The notes: generated by a model from the sequence alone, not told the origin. A stretch of 64,000 nt of DNA from the human T2T-CHM13v2.0 reference genome, Homo sapiens (GCF_009914755.1 NC_060933.1); one strand, 5' to 3'; positions 24,309-39,454 are shown, numbered from the stretch's first letter. Numbers and translations are program-made.

Positions 24309-26716
24309 ATGACTGGGCTTTTTAATCTGTAACCATGGAGTCCAGAATCAAGCGGTTTCAAGTGGTGAAAGGAGAGACTTGTCAACTGTGAAGTTTATAT
24401 TCAGAGAAACTATCCTTCATAAATGAAAAAAATAAAAAAATAAAAAAACATTCTCAATGAAGAAAAAGACTCTGTCACTAGCAGACCCACCTTTAATGAC
24501 TGACTAAAGAAAGATCTTCCAACAGAAAGGAAATGATAAAAGAAGGAATCCTGGCACATCAAGAAGGAAGAAGATACAATGAAAAAAGCAAATTTACTGT
24601 TATGTTGATGACTGAAATAAAAGTTATAATACCACTTGATACTCAAGACGATGATAAAAATGGGAAAGGTAAAGAAACCTAAATGGAAGTGAGGTTCCCA
24701 TAATTCTCCCAAAATTTATATGAAAAGGCACAGCCCTATATTAATGTATAGCTACAGTAATCAAGACAATGTGGTATTGATGAATTAATACATAGATCGA
24801 TTGAACAGAATAGACAACCCAGACAGGCCCACATAAATTCCTCAACTGATATGTGACAAAGATGCATAATCAACTCAGTGAAGGAAGAATAGTCTTTACA
24901 ACAATTGGTGCTGGAGCCATCAAGCACGCATAGACAAAAAAAAAGAAAAAGAATCTTGACCTAAACCTCATACGTTATACGAAGATGAACTCTAAATGGA
25001 ATATAGACCTAAATGTAAGAAACAGCACCATACAACTTTCAGGGAAAAAAAAAGCCAGAAACAAATTGTTAGGATTTAGAGTTAGGCAAAGACTTCTTAG
25101 ACTTGATACCAAAACCATGATCCATAAAATGTATAAATTTGTTCTCATCAAAATTAGAAACTTTTGTTTGGTGAAACCTCATGGGAAGAAGATGAAAATA
25201 CAGAGAGACTGGGGAAAACATTTGCAAACCACATATCCAACTAACGACCAGTAAATAAAGTATATTATAAAAAATCTCAAAACTCAATAGTAATAAAACA
25301 AGCAATCCAAATAGAAAATGGGAAAAGATATTTAACTAAAGAGGATATACAGACGGTAAATAAGCATATGAGAAGATGTTCAACATCACTAATCATCAGG
25401 GGAAGGCAAATTAAAACTACAATGAAATATTACTACATGCCTATCAGAATAGCTAAAAATTAAAAAGAGTGACAATACCAAATACTGGCAAAGACGTGAA
25501 GAAACTGGATCACTCATACATTGCTGACAGAAATGTAAAAAGGTACAGGCACTCTGGAAAACAGTTTTCTTATAAAACTAATCATAAAATTACCATATGA
25601 CCCAGTAATTGTAGTGGTGGATAATTATCCAGAGAAATGAAAATTATGTTATAACAAAAACTGTTTGCAAATATTCATAGCAGCTTTACTTGTAATAGCT
25701 TAAACTACAATCAGCCCAGATGTCTCTCACCAGGCAGATGTCAACTACTGTGGAATAAACATACCATGGAATATTACTCAGCAATAAAAAGGAATACAAT
25801 ACATGGAAACTTGGATGAATCTCCAGTGAATTTAGCTGAGTGAAAAAGCCACTCCGAAGAAGTTACATACTGTATGAGTCCATGTATGCAACATTTCTTA
25901 AATGAAAAAAATTAGTACTAGAGGAAAGATGAGTGGTTGCCAGGAAGGTTAGGGATGGCATGTATAGGAAGTAGGTGGATGTATTTATTAAAGGGAAATA
26001 GGATAGATATTAGTGGTGTTGGAAATGCTTAGTATCTCAACTGTGATGGTGAACACAAGAAACTGCACTAGCAACACATTGTATAGAACTTACACACACA
26101 CACACACACAAAGAGTACAAAACTGAGGAAGCCTGAATAGGTCATGATTTGTATCAAGTTCAATATTCGGGTTGATATCATACTGCAGAGTTTTGCAAAA
26201 TACTAACATTGGGGGAAACTAGGTAAAGTGTACAAGGGCTCTCTCTGTATTACTTCTCACAAGTGCATGTGAATTTACAATTATCTCAACAAACACTTGA
26301 AAGCTGTCACAATGTGAATGATGAAACCAGGAAATATTACTACCACGAAGTTCATTTTCAAAGATGACATGTGACAACCAAGGCCTGCTGTACAATGTGG
26401 AAAGAGCCGAGGGCAAACTGCTTTTTTGCATCATTCTTCATCATTCCATTAATCATCACCAAAAAGCCACCATTTCATAAAAGCAAGGGGAGGGAATGTT
26501 ACATTAACATAATATTAGAATCATTCCGGAGGAAGGGAGATGCTAGCAAACATCCTATCAATCAACTGGCAATTACTGATACCAACAGGTCTTAAGTTGC
26601 ACACGGCAATGGCGCATGTTTTCTTCACCAAAGATCGACCTGCACCTGGCACAGTCCTTGGCTCATGATGGAAAGAAAACCAGTAGCACTGATCAGTGAA
26701 TGAGGAACAAACTCAC

Positions 26717-26802
26717 CTCATGCATCCCTAACCTTTCTGGCAATTTAATCTGTGGCATGCGAAAGAAGTTCCCATTAAGTAGGAGTTTACAATATTCTGG
26801 CT
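26717..26802 (-). other. Candidate internal exon (86 nt)
   Basis: Minus strand reads tttctgttcaccctacag|AGCCAGAA...GCATGAG|gtgagt; phase 1 is open (EPEYCKLLLNGNFFRMPQIKLPERLGMHE). Confidence 0.4.
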
Positions 26803-27908
26803 CTGTAGGGTGAACAGAAATTTCCTGGCACCCTGAGGATTGTGTGAATCCCTACTTCTTAAAGTTTCCCTCCAAAATAGCCCTTGCCTTCTACTATACA
26901 GAAGAGGGAAGGAAAATTTCACACTCAGACAGCCAAGGGTGTAACTAACCTGAAATTGTGCAGTCATAACATTGGAATTAGTTTTCAAATAGCTAAACGT
27001 ATGTATATTTTAGTATTTAAAAATGTTAAATTTTCTACAAATTAAATTTCATACAAATTTAATGACAGAACTGATTTTCTCCCTCTCTTCCAAAATATAC
27101 AGGTTCATCCCTGACATCAAGCATGCCCTCAATTTTGAAAAACAGGCCTAACCAACCAAGGGGTTCTTTGAAATACGGAATGTCTAAGTGAAGCAGTTTT
27201 GTTTAGCCAGGAATCAGATTGATGTTTCTGATGACAAAAATTAGGGTTAAGGAACTTGACAAGCACCTTAGAGTCTCTTTATCACAACTAATTCTCAAGC
27301 AAAAGGTTTCTCTGAGAATAGCAGCAGAAACACCCAGCTCCTGCAACCACTTGTAGGGAGAGAATGTTAGATAAAAAGGAGTCACCTGCCAGACATATTG
27401 TAGGAGGAAGCTGTGTTTGCATTTAAAATGGGAAGGCACTTTACTGAGATGCCTTGGAGATAAGTGTACAAATGGGTACAATAGTAGCCATCATTAAGAC
27501 AAATGTCCATTTTGACTTTTACTTTTACTTTCCCCTCAAAGCCTCTTTAATGAAGATACAAAAAAACAAAAAAAAAGGGTTCACAGCAGATGTCACTGGG
27601 TACAAGTCTGAAGAGACATTAAGTACAAGAGACAGCATAAATAAAACAAAATGAATCAATTAAAAAACCTGGACATAACAGCTGAAGTTGTGATTTCATT
27701 TGGAGGCTTAATATGCTGGGAAACTCAGAAAAATTAAGCACGTCTCGGAGTCTTAACTTCCTATATCTTAATTTGCCATACTTCACATGGTAATCGATGG
27801 AACTATTGATACTTTCATTTTTGTTTTAATTATACTTTCATATTTTAACTGTTGCTTATCTTGGGGTTACTGTCATATTATTATATAGTTCAGAATTTCA
27901 TTAAGTAG

Positions 27909-28218
<310 letters not shown>

Positions 28219-30189
28219 AGTAGGCTGAATTTTTAAATGAGACACTGTATCTTAAGGCCAATTACTTTTAGACAAACTGAAGTCAGATTTTATAATATAG
28301 AGTAAGTAAGAAAATAAGATTCCCCATTTAAAACTCTGCTTTAGGGCAGCTCTGTCTGTTCCTGTCACAGTCACAACAAATGATGTTAGAATGTAACATT
28401 TGGAGGACAAGGAGTAGTGGCATTTATTTTCACTTTATACAGTGCCTAGACTAATGCTTAGTGTAAAAAAATATGTTTTCCAGAAGTAATTTTTTGGGGA
28501 AAAAGTGATTCATTTCAGTTATATGAAATGTGAAAGAAAACTAAAGAAAGCAAATAAAAGGAAATAATAAAAATGACTTGTCTGTGTAATGATAGTTGCT
28601 TCTCTTGGGAATGAGGGCAATAAAGAAATGTGTTTCCTTGTTAAAGGTTCTGCTGAGAAGAGTTCAAAAAAACTGCATTTCCCTTCCTCCTCATGCATAA
28701 ACAGTGAATGCACACAGGTACTAAACCAAATCCTCAGCGTAAAGGAGGAGATGGTTGTTTATGAGATAGAGTTGGTACAGTTATTCCCAGAAACTCAATA
28801 TGAACAACTGTATTTATTTCCATTATTAAGGAGTAAACAGTATTAAAGCTGGATGATGGACTTATTCAACATAACTGTTTTTTCAACTTTTGACAATTTT
28901 TTAAAAATTTTCATCGTAAGAGTAAAAACAAAAAATTAACAGTGTCTTCACTACCTTTGTAAAGGTATCCCTCTCTCAGTACTTTTCCAGTTTTAATTTG
29001 GCTGGTGGAAAACAAAAGATCAGACAGTGTGACATCTAATAATCTCTACCATGACCAATTCTGATAAGGTCAAACACTTTTATCCCTCAGGAGGTATCAT
29101 ACAACATTTTCTTTAGTTTCGTTTGAGGTGTATGAAGATTTTCCACTTGTGAATAAAATCCTCAGCAAATCCTTATAGGGTGTTTTTCTTGTGTGACATG
29201 GAGCCAACCAGCTAAGGCTCTCAGTAAGGCCGGCTGCCAGGGTAAATCATATCTTTCCTGGCTTTACACGTGAGCCAGATGTTGGGGATTTTCTGAGCTA
29301 CAGGATGGTGGGGAAAAAGGTTTTTGCATTTCCTGTGTTCTCACTCCAGCTCTCAAGCTTTCAAGATTCATGGCCAGTCAACAGTGTCATGAACTGGCCT
29401 GAAAATATTCCAGATTAAAACCCACTGACAACATACCTGACTCTGCCATTGCCTCATACTGTTTGTCAGATCAGGATCTCTTTGTACTGCTGCTTCCCCT
29501 GACAGTTCCGAGGGCAGTCAGAGAGGCAGGTGTAATCTTTAATCTTCTGAAGCCTGAAATTCAGTGGAATTCAACTACCACTTTAAAAGTAGCTTATTTT
29601 CTCGTTAATATTAGTAGTATTTTATGAAATTTGTTAATAAAATACTATTAGTACCAAGTCAAATATGATAAACTTTTTATCATATAGACAATTTAGAAAT
29701 ATGTATAAGTATGAATGTATATGTACATTTCATGTATATGTAAAAATCCACAATAAGTCCACTATCTGAGGAAAACTAACATACACCATTTTCAGGTATT
29801 TCCAGGGACAAGTAAGGAATTCCCTAGGTTCCTAATGAATGTCCACATATGCCTACATATGCCATCATAAGCATATTTGTTTGTATATATCAACATTCAT
29901 TTAAACATTCTATCATAAGATTTTCCTCATTACTAAATATTATTAAATAATGTTGATGATTGCATGATTTTAGCAAATGGCTATACCATAATTCATTTAA
30001 TATTGGCCTACTGCTAGATTACTATTGGCCTACTGTTGTATTACTGCTGGTGTCACAAAAATTGTCATTTTTTTTCTGTTATAAATAATTTGCAGTGCTA
30101 CATTTTAAAAGTATTTTGACAAAGAAAATTTTGCCTTATCTTTTCTGAACACTCACTTCCTTTCTGTTCTAACCCAGGCTTCCCAGGAG

Positions 30190-30359
30190 CAGTCATTTCT
30201 AACCTCTACTACGCATCAGAGTCATCCAGAGAGCTTGTTAAAACACAGATTTCTGCGTCCCACCCTCAGAGTTTGCTGACTGAGAAGGTCTGGGTTGGAC
30301 CAAAGAATCTGCATTTTTAAAAAGTTCCATGGTCTAGGACCACACTTTGAGAACTGCTG
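30190..30359. mobile_element. MER5A
   Basis: 'gcatcagagtcatccagagagcttgttaaaacacagattt...gaatctgcatttt...accacactttgagaactgctg'. Confidence 0.85.
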
Positions 30360-33224
30360 TTCCAAAGAACCACCTGCTTTATACTCTGGTTTCTCTTCGG
30401 ATCATATAAATCTGCCTTTTAAAAAAGCACCTGTTGGATCTATGAAACTGATGCAGCCGGTAGTTTCTCATTATGGTCTCATTACCCTTTACATTGAAAA
30501 ATACAAAGCCACTTCAATTGCCATTTCACAGTACAGCCCATGGCCTGGAACGGGCACAGCTGCCCTCTTTAGGTTGAAAATATTTGGCAAATAAGGAATG
30601 CTGGCAAGAGAGGCTGCAGTTTTGACACCTACACCTTGATTTGGGATTCATTTTTCTCACTCAGGATTTGGCAAGCGTATGTCTTCTTTAAAGTGAGACT
30701 GAAAATAAGCTCTGACTCACAAACCTAGCTTAAAACACCACAAAGAGTAAACAACTATTTCCATAACTAATAATTATTAAAATATGTTTTTGAGTTTTTG
30801 CATAACTTGCCTGTATAATGAGATCTAAGTATTTACATGGAATTTCTACATTACTGTGTGAATAAATTAACAGAACTAAAACCTGCCTCCTGACCTCTAG
30901 CCTCTCCCTGATGTCAGCCTGTGCTCAACCCTGCCACCAACACTGTCTTTTTAAAAATCAAAACTGATTCCTTATTTACTTCTTTCCCCAGCAATATGGC
31001 AAATGAAATGTTCCGAGAAACCACTTCTGATGCAGCACATCTAAAAATGGCGGCTAAAGTGTTTAAAAGAATCTCTTTTTTAATGCATGGCTGCCCTACA
31101 GATAAAGTGAGGGAATGCCTCAGAGGCCAGAAAACAAGCAAGCAAACAAAAAGCCCAGCAATCAGGAGCAGAGAGCAAGAGTTGGGGCTATTCTAACAAT
31201 TTCAGGTACCCTAGAGCTTGGCTTCTAAGGGGCCAGTTGAGAAGAATCAAAGTATGGGTCTAGATTTGGATCTGAGTTTAAACAGACATCCACATTCACA
31301 AAGCAAGAACTTCTACATGGCAACAAAGTCAGCAAATAAACTGGGAGGAGCAAAACCAAACCTGACCTACAGAGTGAGGCAGTTGGCAAAGACGTCTTGG
31401 CTCTTGGTGGGGAAGGGAAAAATGAGTCTCTTAAGGATTTTTAACCACAAAACCTGGGTTTGAATCCTGAATTCATGTTTCTCATGTGGTCCAAAACACT
31501 CAAAAACTGATATTTTAGTTTAAATTCATATAGAGTTAATATAGTCTCTAGGCTTCAGGTAGCAACAATGACAACTACTCCATGGAAGAATGCATCTAAA
31601 CCTAGGTCTCAAGGAATTTCCAAAGATAAGGTTCTAAAGAATGGCAGCTTATACTAAAAACTACTACCGTGAATAATAGCAGAAACAGCCAGTAGAAAAC
31701 ACAGTGTAGAAAATAACTGAAAAGATGATCAGCTATGTGTAAGTATGGAAATATCAGATATATAAGTATAAATAAATTTTTTTAAAAAAGAAAAATGAAT
31801 GCATAACAAAGAAACAAGAGGCTGTGAAAATTGACCAAGAAGTTTTAAAAAATAAAATCTACTTCTAAAAATTAAAAATGTAATTATTTAAAAAAAGCTT
31901 CACTTATGAATTAAACAGTGGAGAAGACACAGCTAAAGAGAGACTTAGCGACTTTGAAAATGGTTGTGTATAAATTAAGTGGAATGCAGCAAAGAGACAA
32001 AGTGAGAAAAAAATATGAAGGACAGTTTAAAAGGCACAGAAGGTAGATATAAAACACATAATAGCCTGCTAAATCAGAGTTCCAGGAGGTGATAATACAG
32101 TGATGGAGGAATGGCAACATTTTGAAAAAGAATGAATAAGAACTTTCCTGAATTCAAAAAGACACAATAATTTTAGGTTTTAGGAATCTTAATAAATTCT
32201 AAGCAAGACTAATAAAAACAAGTTCACTGTAGCAAAAAAAAAGATAAAAGGGTGACCTTAAATGCAGCCTAAAAGAAAAGTCAGATTACTTAAAAAAATA
32301 ATGACAATTACACTCAACAGCAACATCAGGAGGAATCATATCTTCAAAATGCTGTGAGAAGTAACTGTCTATCAAAATTGCATGCAATTTACACATACCT
32401 TTCAAGAGCAAGAATGAAATAAAAATGCTTTCAGAAAAATAAAAACTGACAGATCCTCACTAAAGGAACTTCTAAAAGATGTCCTTCAGAAAAAAGAAAA
32501 AATATCTCAGAAGTAAGTTCAGATATAAAACAAAGAACAGAGACCAGAGAAAACAGAAAAATATGGGCAAGTCAAATATTCACCATGAAAATAATAACAC
32601 TAAGGTTTAATTTGTGAGATCAAAATAGATAGATAGATTCTGGAGGATGGGGTGACATTCTGGTGTGGTGTGAATTGAGTTAAAGTGTTGTTTGGGATAA
32701 AGGTAAAGATACTGATTAACTTTACTTTCTGTTACATTAAAAGTGCATGTTGAAATGTCAAAACTTGTAGGATGCAGCTAAAGCAGTTTTTCAAAGGAAA
32801 TTCATAACCTGATATGGTTATGGTAGCAAATAAAAAATTGTTTACTTAGGAGTTAGGAAAAAAACTGCAAAACTAACCTGAAATAGTAGAAGGAAGAAAT
32901 AACAAAGATAAGAAAATAAATTAACAAAACTGAAAACAAAGACCCAACATAGAGAATGAATGAAGTCCAACATTGGTTTTTTTAGAAGAATAATAAAGTT
33001 AACAAATTGCTGCCTAGGCTAATAAAGAAAAAGAAAGATGACATGTGTTAATAATAATAGGAATGAAAGGGTGATATAATTTCAGATGCAGCAGAGATTA
33101 AAAAGGTAAATAAATGTATGTCAATAAATTTGTAAACTGAGATGACAAATGATAAGTGTCTAGAATAATACAAATTACCATAGAACGCTTAAGGAGAAAA
33201 AATACATCTTAAATAATACCATAA

Positions 33225-33678
<454 letters not shown>

Positions 33679-34224
33679 CTATCAGAAAATAGAAATGGGA
33701 CAAGAAATGAACATTTTATGCGATCCTCACTCATGACTATACTGCCAAAATCTTAAGAAAAATATGGGCAAATTAACTCATTCAATATATATGTTAAAAA
33801 TATATACATCATGACCAAGTTGAACGTTTTTCTAGGAAAGTAAGATTCATTGATCATGCCACTGAGAAATCAAGGAGAAAATCATATGACTATCTCTGCA
33901 GGAATAAAAAAAAATAGCAAACTAAGCATAAAGGAACTTGTTAACCTGTTAAAAATATGTAGCAAACATCAAACTTAGTGGGGAAATATTTCTCTAAATG
34001 TCTTTAAAGGAAATAGGAATAAGAAAAAGAGTTATGCTATGAGCATTTCTATTCAGCATCACCTTGGAAGTTCTAGTTTATACAATAAGATAAAGAAAAG
34101 AAATAAAATATATCAGGATTAGAAAAAAAAGCCATAAAAATAAATGCATATAGATTATATAATCTTATACATAAAACCCCTACAGAAAATGCAAATTATC
34201 AGAATTAAGAGTTTGAAGAAGCTT

Positions 34225-35650
34225 CATTCATTTCTTTTTTATCATTATGTGATAATCCATTATTGTCACTGTTCTTTTTGGTGCTTAAATTGCCTTACAT
34301 GACTGTGGAAATCCCTTTAGGCCAGCTCAAGCATCTCTATGACATGATTCCCATTACTCTTTGAGCATCTCCTTGCTTTCTGCTCCAAAAAGATGATCTA
34401 GACTCATCTTAGTCTTTCCCTAATCCAGATCTGGAAGTAGCCATTTGTATAAAAAGTACTGTTTCCTTTGGGTAGAAAACGGTACTTAGAAATCAAGACA
34501 TTAGTGCTGAATGTGTATATTGTTAATGAGGTGTCATTCTCCAGACGCCTTCAATGCACAGAGCTAGGAAATATATTATCTGAAATCACCAATTCATTTA
34601 ATAGAGTCAATTCAAATATATCACAGAGTTTTTCTTACCTTTATATTTACACCTCTTTTATAGTAAAAATTGTGGTTTAGAATTACAATAATGTACTTAC
34701 CTACTATATACTACTGTATTTATTTTTAATAATTACAATATAAATACTAACACTAACAATAAACCTAGTAAGTAGAGTTTAAGATTTCTTTGCAGATTTT
34801 TTGTCCTTAAAATTTGTCCCACAAAAATATATATTCAGAGCACTATGCTTAAAAATAGTGTGAATTAATTAATTGCTCTGTGGCTATGTAATCTATTTGA
34901 TATACAGTTAGAATTCTTTTCTTTCTGTTTCCATTCAGTTTTAAGGTTTACTACTTTTTATCCTGTATGGTTTTAATTTTATGTTTATTAAAAATAATAT
35001 TAAATATTAATAATATTTTAATAAAATAATATTTTATTAAAATATATTGGTTCAAAAGTCAAAACTATTTAAGTAGGTATTCTCCAATCATTATCACTTT
35101 CAATACAATTACCACTGACACCATCTAGTCAACCTTTTTATTACCTTCTGGCTTATCTATCCTGTACTTCTTTTTGCAAAATTAAGCAAATAAATACCAA
35201 GACATAAGCACATGCATACATAAAGTTACTTCCCTTTCTTTCTATAAAAAAAGGTGGTATAAAATACATACTCTTTTGTACCTTGCTTATTTCCATTTAA
35301 CAATTATCCTAGATATCGCACCACATCAGCTTATAGAAATATTCCTCATAATTTTACAGCTTCATAGTATTCAACTGTATGGCTATGCCATGGTAATTGA
35401 ACCAATCTCTATAGTCGCAGATTTGAGTTTTCAATATGTTGCTGTTACAAAGACTACTACAACAAATAACTGATAGTGCTGTTGTTTCATATTTGTAGAG
35501 GTGTTTCATCAAGGTAAACCTTTAAAAGTGAAATTGTTAGCTGGAAAGATACAGATTTGCATGCAATTTCCCTCCATGGAAGTTTTAATCATTTTGCATT
35601 CTCACCAGCAATGAGTCTGAATGCTTGTTTTTCCAGATTCTCCAAGAGTG
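34225..35650 (-). mobile_element. L1MC4/L1MC5-type 3' region, reverse orientation
   Basis: 'ctttgagcatctccttgctttctg...gactcatctt...agatctggaagtagccattt...tacttagaaatcaagac' matches reverse L1MC4/5. Confidence 0.7.
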
Positions 35651-36839
35651 CTTTTTTAAAAGAAAGGTTGCATTTCTATGCACCAGCAATGAAGAGTTTA
35701 ATATTTAATTTTTAAAAGTTACCATGTATAAAACAATAATGAAAATTTATAATATACCATGGGGGGAAATACTAACAAAAATTGTATGAGATTTTTAAAT
35801 AATAAATGTATAAATGTTCATTGAAAGACATTAACAAAGATAATAATTAAGAGACAAAGCATATTCATGGACAGCATATTCAACAGGAAAAGTCACTATT
35901 GTAAACATGTTAATGATTCTATAATTGATCTACATATTTAATAAATTCTAACCAAAATCTTAACAGGATTTTTCAAGGACCTTAATGAGCTTATCCTGAA
36001 ATGAATATGGAAGAATTAACAGCTAAGAACAGCCAAGTCAGGTTTAAAGAAGAACAGAGCTGGGGGACTTGCCCCATCAAATAATAAAACATAGTAATTA
36101 CGCAATGCAACATTTAAGTGTGGGGATAGAAAAATAGAGAAATGGAAAAGAATAGGGGTCCCATAAACAGAACCATTAATATACGAAAAAGGTATAAAAG
36201 GGTGATTTCTCTCCAAGGGAAACTCTCGTACATATGCTTCCAGTAAACAAGTATAGAAGTGATCAGAACAATGTTACTCAGAATAAGAAAAAGCTTGAAA
36301 AAATCCAAATATCCATGATGGTTAAATGAATAATAAAATTTGGTATAATTACTTGACAAATATTCCAAAGCTGTAAAAAATCAATGATCCATACGTAGAT
36401 TCACACATCAACATGGATAACTCTTGAAAACAATGCTGAGTGATGAAAGGAAATCACAGAAGAAATATATTTAGTAGGATCCTATTATATACACTTCAAA
36501 AGCAGGCAAAACCAAACAATGTATTTTTAAGGATGCCTATATGTGTGGTAAAACTTTAAGGAAAAGCAAGAAAATTCTTAATACAAAATGAAAATTAAAG
36601 TAGTAATGTCTTCTAAGGAGAGGAGGGAGAGGAAAGAGACACAGAGATTCTAACAGATCAAGAATCATCTGTCTCTGAAATTGGATGTTGGATTCATCAG
36701 TGTTATTTTATTTATTATTCTTACTTAAAAAATATATGTTATATTCACTCTGGTAGGTAAAATACATTTATCTACCAGAGGGTAGAAAATATCTACACCC
36801 AAAGCTCGTTTAAAGAAAAAGAAAAGGTTATTTTCTTAG

Positions 36840-37450
36840 TCCTCTGCCTAAAAGCTTCTAGTGGCCCCCTGCTGCTTACAGGACAAAATCTAACTTCCAG
36901 CAAGGCAAACTAGAATCTTCCCCATCAGCCCTCCAGTTACCTTTGCAGCTTCCTCCCTGCCGCTCACCTGCATTCTAGTGACACACTGAATTATCAGATG
37001 CCCAAGCCCATAGCTGAGCTATGTACCTGCAGCTTCCTCTGCCAGGCATGTGCTCCTCCTGTCTCAATCTGGCCAGTTCCTACACTTCCAAAATCAGCAA
37101 AATGCCAGCTCCTCAGTGGAGTCTTCCCTGATTATTCTGATGGTCACTCTCTCCTCTGTACTTTCACAAAGCTATATGCCAATTTTTCTATTTATATTGT
37201 CTCCCCTCCTTTGCCTGTGAGATTTTTGTAGCCAGGAGCTGTGTTTTCAGCTCAGTTAAACCAACATTTCCCGTGTGTTAATTTTATGTCATGCACTGTG
37301 CCAGGCACTAAATTTACCACGAGTAAGCCCTACTTCCTACCCTCAAACAGCTTGCAATCTAGTCATAGTCATGTCAGTGTTCTTCATGCTTATTACAATC
37401 CCTGGCATGTTACATATACTTAAATTATATCTGACGAATAAATGAACAAA
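36840..37450 (+). mobile_element. L2, degraded
   Basis: 'gtggccccctgctgcttacaggacaaaatctaac...aaatgccagctcctcagtggagtcttccctga...gacgaataaatgaa'. Confidence 0.6.
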
Positions 37451-38175
37451 TTAAGAGAGAAAGAATAATTACCAGTTTCTTATTCAAAAAAAATCTTTTG
37501 GCAATGAATCATGCTTTCAATGGCTTTTATCCATTATTTTTTAAGGCTATAAATTGTATATGCCTGTCAAAGACTAAAGTTTACCTAAGGAAAAAGCACC
37601 AAATGTTTATCTTAATGGGTGTATTTTAATTATTCTCATAGAATTTCCAGAGACAAATAAATTTAGGCAACCAATTAAAATTCAGGTTCATTATACCACA
37701 CAATATCAAACAATAACACAAGACAAGTTGTATTAATGGAAAATGTTAATGAAAGTATTCCTTTTTGGTCTCTCCCACGTAAAGCTGTGTTTGTAAACGT
37801 GTTTACTTACTGTTCATTTTCTTTAAAAGGAAAAAAATTCCCAAGGAAGATTTCAAATTAAGCCTTCTCTTAAAATTTTTAATTTCTAAGTAGCTTCAGG
37901 CATCTAAGTAAGCAGTCAGTCATCATATCTGCCATTTATGAATATGACATGCCAAGGAATACTTTCAATGATGCATTTTGCAGATACCAGCTTTCAATAA
38001 ACCAAATACAGGACAGCAAGTAATGATCATCTGTACAATGTGGTTATGCCATCTGGATACATCTTCATTGTTCCCAAACTGGTCTCTATCCTTTGGTGGG
38101 ACAAATGTATTAATACTAGCATTCTCCCATATACATCTTATTCTGGCCTGCCTGGGTGGTTCTCACTAGTCCCAC

Positions 38176-38664
38176 TGTGATACTATAAACAGTGGCCCCT
38201 CTAATAACGTCCACTTCCTATGCCCAGACTCTGTGGATATGTTGCATTACATGGTAAAAAGTACGTGGCAGCTGTGATTAAATTAAGGATTTCTGATATG
38301 GACAGATTATCATTATCCCAGATTATTTGGGTGAGCCCAATTCAACCACAAGGGTCTTTATAAGACAAAGATAGGAAGATCATTGAGTAGTAGGAGATGT
38401 GACAATGGAAGCAAGAGGTTGGAGTGACATGAGTAAGAGGTCACAAGCCAAGGAATGCAGGCGGCCTCTAGAAGCTGAAAAAGTCAAGGAAACAGATTCT
38501 TCCTTCAGAGCCTCCAGAAGGAACCTTCTGACTTTCATCCAGTAAGTCCAGTAAAATTCATTTCCGACTCCTGATCTCCAGATATGTTAAGACAATAAAT
38601 TTGTGTTATTTGAAGCCACTAAATGTGTGATAATTTGTTACAGCAGCAATAGAAAACTAATTCA
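38176..38664 (+). mobile_element. MLT1D solo LTR
   Basis: TG...CA ends, 'gagcctccagaaggaac', 'aataaatttgtgtt...agcagcaatagaaaactaat'; 4/5 TSD cccac/cctac. Confidence 0.88.
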
Positions 38665-38822
38665 CCTACTGAGTAGGCTTTACCCCTGCTTGCATTATCT
38701 TGCTCCAGCATTGTTCTAGGCCCTACATAATACTCAGTTCTCTCATATTTGAAACTATCTTCATGCCTCATTGGTAATCCTTTATACTCTGATTTGTATT
38801 AACCTGATACTTGTTTTTCACC

Positions 38823-39301
38823 TGTGACAGAGGCTATTGATTGGTCACCTAAAGTCATTCCCCACTCATTCTGTCTTGCTGCCTCATTCTGCAGTGGCTG
38901 GAAAGGCAAACACTTTCCAATCCCTCCTAGCAACTGGGGATGGCAATATAACCCAGTTCTGGAAACATGAGGCATACATGGATGTCTGCTGGGAGAAAGA
39001 AAATGTCTGAGGAAAACTTTTGTTTCCCTGGTGAAAAGGGAAGTTATCACCAATGTTACCATTTCTCTGTCTTCCTGCTTTAAATATGAGCGTGATGGTT
39101 AGAACTGCAATAGCTGTCACAACCATGAGGCAAAGGTCAAGAGATCCACAACGACATGGCTCTGATACTGCTAAGTCACTGAGCTAAAGCCATAGTTGCA
39201 TACTTCTGGAAACATCCGGTTTTGTGAGAACAATATTTGTTTAATCCACTGTAGTATGGTTTGGTGTTACCTGAAGCTGCAAGTATTTCTAATTTAATAT
39301 A
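38823..39301 (+). mobile_element. Old MLT1 (MLT1J/K-like) solo LTR
   Basis: 'tttccaatccctcctagcaactggggatggc...acccagttctgg...gtgatggttagaactgcaatagc...aaccatgagg'. Confidence 0.7.
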
Positions 39302-39326
39302 CTACTTTTCAAAAGTTTTATATATA

Positions 39327-39454
39327 GGCTGAGCACAGTGGCTCATGCCTGTAATCCCAGTACTTTAGGAGGCTGAGGCAGGAGGATCACTTGGGCCCAG
39401 GAGTCTGAGACCAGCCTGGGCAACATAGCAAGATCCCATCTCTGTTTTAAAAAT
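39327..39454 (+). mobile_element. FLAM_C / Alu left monomer
   Basis: Single monomer 'ggctgagcacagtggctcatgcc...gggcaacatagcaagatcccatctct'. Confidence 0.88.

Larger units (their letters stand above)
22850..26293 (+). mobile_element. Old L1 (L1MC1/2-type 3' end), internally deleted, with nested Alu and L1MA fragment
   Basis: ORF1-like segment 23200-24550; ORF2 C-terminal remnant MNSKWNIDLNVRNSTIQL (cf. L1 ORF2p INSRWIKDLNVR); 3' end 'ggggaaactaggtaaagtgtacaagggctctctctgtattacttctcacaagtgcatgtgaatttacaattatctcaa'. Confidence 0.85.

Noticed and set aside
29437-29498. Minus exon-like segment with a CAG|gtatgt donor
   Set aside because: Good donor but weak acceptor; peptide not recognised
30001-30044. 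Short tandem duplications (22 bp here; others near 12822, 14668, 16003 and 35868)
   Set aside because: Two-copy slippage duplications common in mammalian DNA; no spacer structure, so not CRISPR-like
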